Below, one piece after another: positions 58,956-64,000 of a DNA stretch of 64,000 nt. The notes beneath the pieces were generated by a model. The model did no database searches, had not been told where the DNA came from, and saw nothing but the letters and a program-made list of their open reading frames with translations. Within the stretch, counting starts at the first letter, position 1. Every line of letters begins with the position of its first letter. The DNA is taken from positions 1 through 64,000 of the forward strand of contig JBEWZL010000300.1 of the NCBI GenBank assembly GCA_045837725.1, given 5' to 3'. Source of the stretch: Vermamoeba vermiformis. Lineage: Eukaryota. A program made the translations under genes and the position numbers.

Positions 58956-60524
58956 TTAAGGAGCTTTGTTCGTGTTGTTATTATTAGCTACGACATCGTT
59001 TTTCTTGAACGGATCTTCGATGTTCCATTCGCCATTCTTAGGATTGTATCGGAGCTCGTAAATGACGTTAAAGTCGTTTTGTAGCGGGATCTCCAAGTCA
59101 ATCGGCGTCTCATTATAATTGCCAAAAAAGAAGACTTTGATGTAAGCTGTTTGATAGGCCTTCAGATCCAGCTGGAACTTCAATTTTTCAGTTTGAACGG
59201 CTGTATCTTTCTTATTGTACTTGTACTGCAAGCCCTGGATGATTGTTGCTGGAGTGCCATCCACGTCAATGCCGCTCAATTCCAATTGGTCCAATTTTTT
59301 ATCAACTTTAATTCGTCGACGCAAAATGAACGGTGGAATTTCTAAGCCGAGTTCTTTCATGAGCAGAGTCATGACTTGATCCGTCTTCGCGTGGATCACC
59401 ATTGCTGCATCACTGTCCAAATGAGTTTTCTGCAAATTTACAATGACCAATCGTTTGCCGTTGTTAGCGACCTCTTCCGGCATTGCATTTGCAGGGCTGA
59501 CGGTCAAGCTGGATCCGAGTACTAACATCAGATCTGAGGCTCGAGCGTTCTCAAAGCCTCGCTTCAAGGGCACTTTGGGCAATGTTTCACTGAAATTGAT
59601 GATTGTGTCGTGCAAATCTCCGCCGCAAGATACACAAGTACGGCCGGTCTTGTGATCATGAACGCTGTGTTTGTAGCTCGCTACGGCTCGGAAATCTCGC
59701 AAATATTCTTTGCCGCACGAAATACAGCGTTCCAAGTTGGAATTGCCGTGTAATTCTGAGATCTAAAAGAGATCAAATTTAGTAACCAGATCCACATCCA
59801 TAAAAAGACGTTCAAATATTATTGACTTACCTTTTCTGGCAACATGCCGCTACGTCTATGCAAACCATCGCAATTTTGGCTGATTAAATACTTGAGGTAT
59901 CCTAAGAAAAAAGTTATTAATGACTACTTCCGTGGATCGAGCGTAGGAAAGAGCTCAAATAGGATTATTTATTAATTAAAAATTGCCGTAAAAATTATTT
60001 CATATTATTTGCGTTCAATTTTCATTGTAGATCGATAAAAACGGATCACGCGACTTACCTGTATTTTGCAATTGGACCAAGCTCATATGAGTGGCAGTGG
60101 GCATGGCTTTCAAGGATGATACGGAACGAGTTGGTTCTTTGCCTTGAGCGCGAAGAGTCCAAACACCAGTGGGACCTCTGAAATCTGGAATTCCTGATGC
60201 GATCGCGAAGTTAGCGAAAAGTTATTGAAAAGAATTTTAAACGGTATAATAAATTATTATAAGTGATGGTCATGCTGAATTTCAACTTGGAGTGCGAAAA
60301 AATTAACAAGCAAAAATGAACGTCAATTTTTGAATTTTTTCCGTAAAGACCAAATCCGCAAAATAATTACCTGCTGAAGTAGAGACACCTGCACCTGTGA
60401 ATGCAGTGAAGTGTTTGCTAGCTTTCACCCATTGAGCAAGTTGTTTGACTTTCTCCATGACGACGTTATCGGGATCGAAGTGTTCTTTAACTGCTTCGGG
60501 ATCTTTGTGTGCTGACCAAGACAT
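58956..60524 (-). CDS. Class IV sirtuin (SIRT6/SIRT7-like) NAD-dependent deacylase
   Basis: FTGAGVSTSA|GIPDFRGPTGVWT, SQNCDGLHRRSG, ELHGNS, CISC..CVSC, LHDTIINF.E, LGSSLTV, IVNLQKT. Confidence 0.93.
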
Positions 60525-60935
60525 TTTCTTATTTATTAGAATAGGTCCTCTTGTGGTTACTACTCGATGTTCTTATTGAAATTGAAGTTGTTCGTTCACG
60601 ACGCTATAAAAATCAGTCGCGTTGACCAAAGTTTGACCTAGTCAGCACTAGCGTCGCGAGGAAAACGAAAAAAATGGTGAAAAGTATTCCTGTAGTTATG
60701 AGAACGATGATATTTTTGGCCTGGATTATTATTGAGTCTTGGATCCAGATCTGTGTTCGAAAAGTTGAACGACACATCCAAGTCGAGCCGTGACCTTCAC
60801 TTTTGCTCGAATATTCAAGTAAAAAAGAAATTTGGAATTTTCTAGCGATACTATAGGGTATTAACTAAGAAGTAAGCTTGGAAAAGTGCAATTAGGTTTA
60901 AAGACCTACATCTGATCGTCGCTACAATATTCAAT

Positions 60936-63310
60936 TTAATTGAATAAATTCGGTTTCTTACGATTATATTGTCGTACGGTAATGGGACGTGGCTTAGGTC
61001 CTCCTTGTTGCTGTTGTTTCGGTGTTACATGGTAGGTCACATTTACGATCGGCTTTGGGTAGCTTGCTGTCCCTAATTCTGGCAGCCAATATTTTACGTA
61101 TTCTTGTTTTGGATCTGTATAATGATAGCAAGGCATTAATATTTAATTTTTCGATAATGAAGGTAAGAAATTGGATCAAGAGATCAGCGAGATTGCACGC
61201 AAATTGTAAATTAAAAAGACTTACCGTACATCGTCGCTTGCTTAATAACGTTGAAATATCGATCTTCGCGAGGGTCAGTGCCAACACCAGCGACGTACAG
61301 CCAATTTCCGTAGTTCGAACACGTATCGTAGTCGAGCAGCATTGCTTCAAAGAACTCAGCGCCCTAAAATACCAAGAGTTTAACTATATGTAACAAGGCG
61401 TATGCACATGAATTACTAGTAATCGTACCATTCGCCAGTCCACGAACAGATCCTTTGTTAGAAAACTCGCAACGTTTTGTCTTCCTCTGTTACTCATAAA
61501 ACCAGTGGCATTTAACTGTAGCATATTAATATCATAGAGTATGCTTATCTATACGGTTTAATACTAACCTCTCGCATATTGGCGTCTACGAACGAAAGTC
61601 CAGTAACTCCGTCGCACCACTTTTGGAAGTTGTTTTTATCGACTAACCACTTCTTTTCTTTATAATTGCCATGGTACTTGGTTAATCCATCCAGCTGGTA
61701 TATTTCATTGCCGTATTTGACCATTAAAAATTTAAAGTAATCGCGCCAGAGTAGCTACAACAGCATTAGTCACGTGACACCAAAACACAAAACTACACTC
61801 TGTAACAAGCTTACCTCGAAGATTAAATGACCAGTTGATTCATTAGCAACAACTTCTCGTTCAAATCTGCGAATTTCGTGGTAAAGATGACGCGCGGAAA
61901 TGCAACCTGAAACACATCCAGCAACGTTAGGCACACTCATCGGAGTCGATAATAGTATAGTACCTAAAGCTAGCCAAGGGGAGTACTTAGAAGAGTAATC
62001 CATGCCTAACAGACCATTGCGCGTGTCTTTGTAAGTTCGGATCAACTTAGATTTCCAAATATAGTAATGCGATCTGTCGAGGGCAACAGTTTCGCCACCA
62101 TTGAAAAATATCGGTGTTATTGCACTATTCTCACTTCTTGCCTTCACATTGGTGTTGCTCTGCGCGTCATTACTTTGTTGAACAGGCAATTCTTTGCCGG
62201 TCTCCAAGTCGTAGTTGTACTTCTTTGCGTGATACAGCCAGTGCGTTACGTTCTCATCGCCGCCTAGCTGGAGTAGTTCAAGCACTGATGGCATATAGCC
62301 TTTGTAGAGCTTAGTTTCAACGGGTACAATGTCCTAGTCAACGTTAGTTTGACACGTGTCAAACGCAGCTATGGCAACAACTTACGCCTTTTTTCGGTGC
62401 AGGCACTGGTTCCCTCACGTCGTAGTCGCTGCCCTCTACGCGCTTTCGGAACTGCGTGAATACGTTCAACGCTTCTGAGCCCTGGTTAAGCACATTAGTG
62501 ACGGACTCTCGAGAGATATGTTCTCAGTCATTAGTACCTTTCCTTTGGGATCAAACGGCAATTCTGAAATGTGATGCATTGTTTGGCCTCCCCAAACGGT
62601 CTTCAGCGGTCTACAAAGTTTTTGTTAGACTTAAATGTTCACGCATTAGGCATAGTTAATGTACAATACGTACACATTCTTGACTTTCAAACGCTTCACC
62701 AGTCGTTTTTCAACGCGCAGTTCTTCATCGCAAACTTCTCGGTGACTGTACACGCCTTCAACGGAGATATTTTCTGAAACGTAGATCGGAGTAAATAAAT
62801 TGAAATATGAGTGAGAGTTAGAGTCGTACCTTGTGCCAAATCGTTTACCATATTATCTATAATATCTTCAGGGTTGCCTATTCTTACGGTAAGATCACTT
62901 CCGAGTTTCTTGAAGGATTCACGGAGATCTCTGTCGAAAAAATGAGCTTGAGTTTGCTTTACTTCAAATGTAATTTCGTAAATTGGTACTTACTTTACGC
63001 TTTCGAGTAAAAATCTAGTTTTATGCGGACTTGAACGAGGCAGACCGAAAAAATGTGTTTTTTGAAATTGTCTTGGATCGAAGCAGTAGAGAGGAATTAT
63101 TCTGCGTCAAGAAAAGCTATTAAATACGAAACTAATAAAAATACGAAATATTTTTTGGTACCTTCCGTTTGTAGCTTTAATAGCATTAGTTAATGGCTCG
63201 TGATCGTGAACTCTCAGATCAGTCCTAGTAAAATAAACAAAATTAGCAAAATTAATTATATATTTAGTGGAATTTACTTACTTGAACCAAACAATAGCTG
63301 CAGTCTTCAT
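60936..63310 (-). CDS. Cryptochrome DASH / photolyase family
   Basis: [74 protein letters not shown]. Confidence 0.92.
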
Positions 63311-63517
63311 TGCTTGCCGGATTTGCATAAACTTGTTACCTAGGCTGGTTTTATTTTAGAATATGATGCTTGGTGTTGTTATGCGTTTAGTGGAGTTAAA
63401 ATATTCAGGCAATTGACAAAAGTGATGTGCGATCGCATGATGTCTGATTTGATCCGGAAATTTTTTTACCATAAAAGGAAAAATTGATTTTATTACCTTA
63501 ATCTGCCTGGTATACCA

Positions 63518-64000
63518 CTACGTGACGATATTTGACTTCTTTGGTGATATATCCATGCCTAGGTCTGTGTTTGCAAGCATAAAAATGTTGATCCAGATCG
63601 CTGAAGGTACGGATGTTATCTTGCATAAATTATGAGCCAAAATGACCAAATCTCTTCGTTTTTCATCTGCTGCTACTTTCTTTCTCATATCCAATAGTAC
63701 CTTATAGTACTTCTTGATGTCATTATGGAGGTACTTGTCGAATTCGCGCGGGAACTGGATCCAGATCCGTTCCATCTTTGCTGTTTTCGGCGAACCTTCT
63801 TTTGGTAATCTGAATATAATTGGCTCAAAATACTTCTTGAACATTGTATGGTGTAATAGCTCTTTGATTTTGATTCGTTTCTGTGGGTGATAATTCAACA
63901 TGCTCTCTAATAACGGCAGCCAATTGACCGTATTTTTGTCTTTGGGCATAATTTTGGCCAATTTTTCAGTTAATTGACCTTCAGAGCCCTGAACAGGATA
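63518..64000 (-). CDS. C-terminal part of a protein kinase (partial, runs off the window)
   Basis: LLESMLNYHPQKRIKIKELLHHTMF (subdomain XI); open frame to the window end. Confidence 0.7.
   Translation of the reverse strand, partial: YPVQGSEGQLTEKLAKIMPKDKNTVNWLPLLESMLNYHPQKRIKIKELLHHTMFKKYFEPIIFRLPKEGSPKTAKMERIWIQFPREFDKYLHNDIKKYYKVLLDMRKKVAADEKRRDLVILAHNLCKITSVPSAIWINIFMLANTDLGMDISPKKSNIVT

Noticed and set aside
58956-63310. Sirtuin-cryptochrome adjacency as a clock module
   Set aside because: CRY-DASH is not a clock cryptochrome, and adjacency is unremarkable in a compact genome.
63479-63488. AAAATTGA (Mimivirus early promoter motif); also at ~3625
   Set aside because: It is on the wrong strand for the neighbouring ORFs and is expected by chance in AT-rich DNA.

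Overview
Gene-dense, intron-rich eukaryotic DNA (many GT-AG introns of about 40-60 nt with CTAA-type branch points). The gene content (Clu-domain protein, DUF4062-NTPase-TPR, Rac) suggests an amoebozoan-like protist; this is an inference. The first ~6.5 kb is accessory. It holds a spliced minus-strand unit with no continuous ORF and an intronic ~150-bp repeat array, a short (CCCTAA)n tract, and a CpG-free putative mobile element whose intact ORF has Zn-finger, chromo-like and possible integrase-N-like segments. The rest is about 22 host genes plus tRNA-Ser(GCT). Several genes have unusual domain fusions: RWD-Ariadne RBR-RCC1-BTB-BTB ubiquitin ligase (best candidate for a new system), ZZ-Clu-TPR-RCC1 giant protein, BRCT-deoxynucleoside kinase, Rac with a Zn finger and no CAAX box, F-box-actin, and a tandem REase-like/kinase (Crinkler-type) pair. 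Domain calls come from reading motifs by eye, not database searches, and exon boundaries and some starts are approximate.
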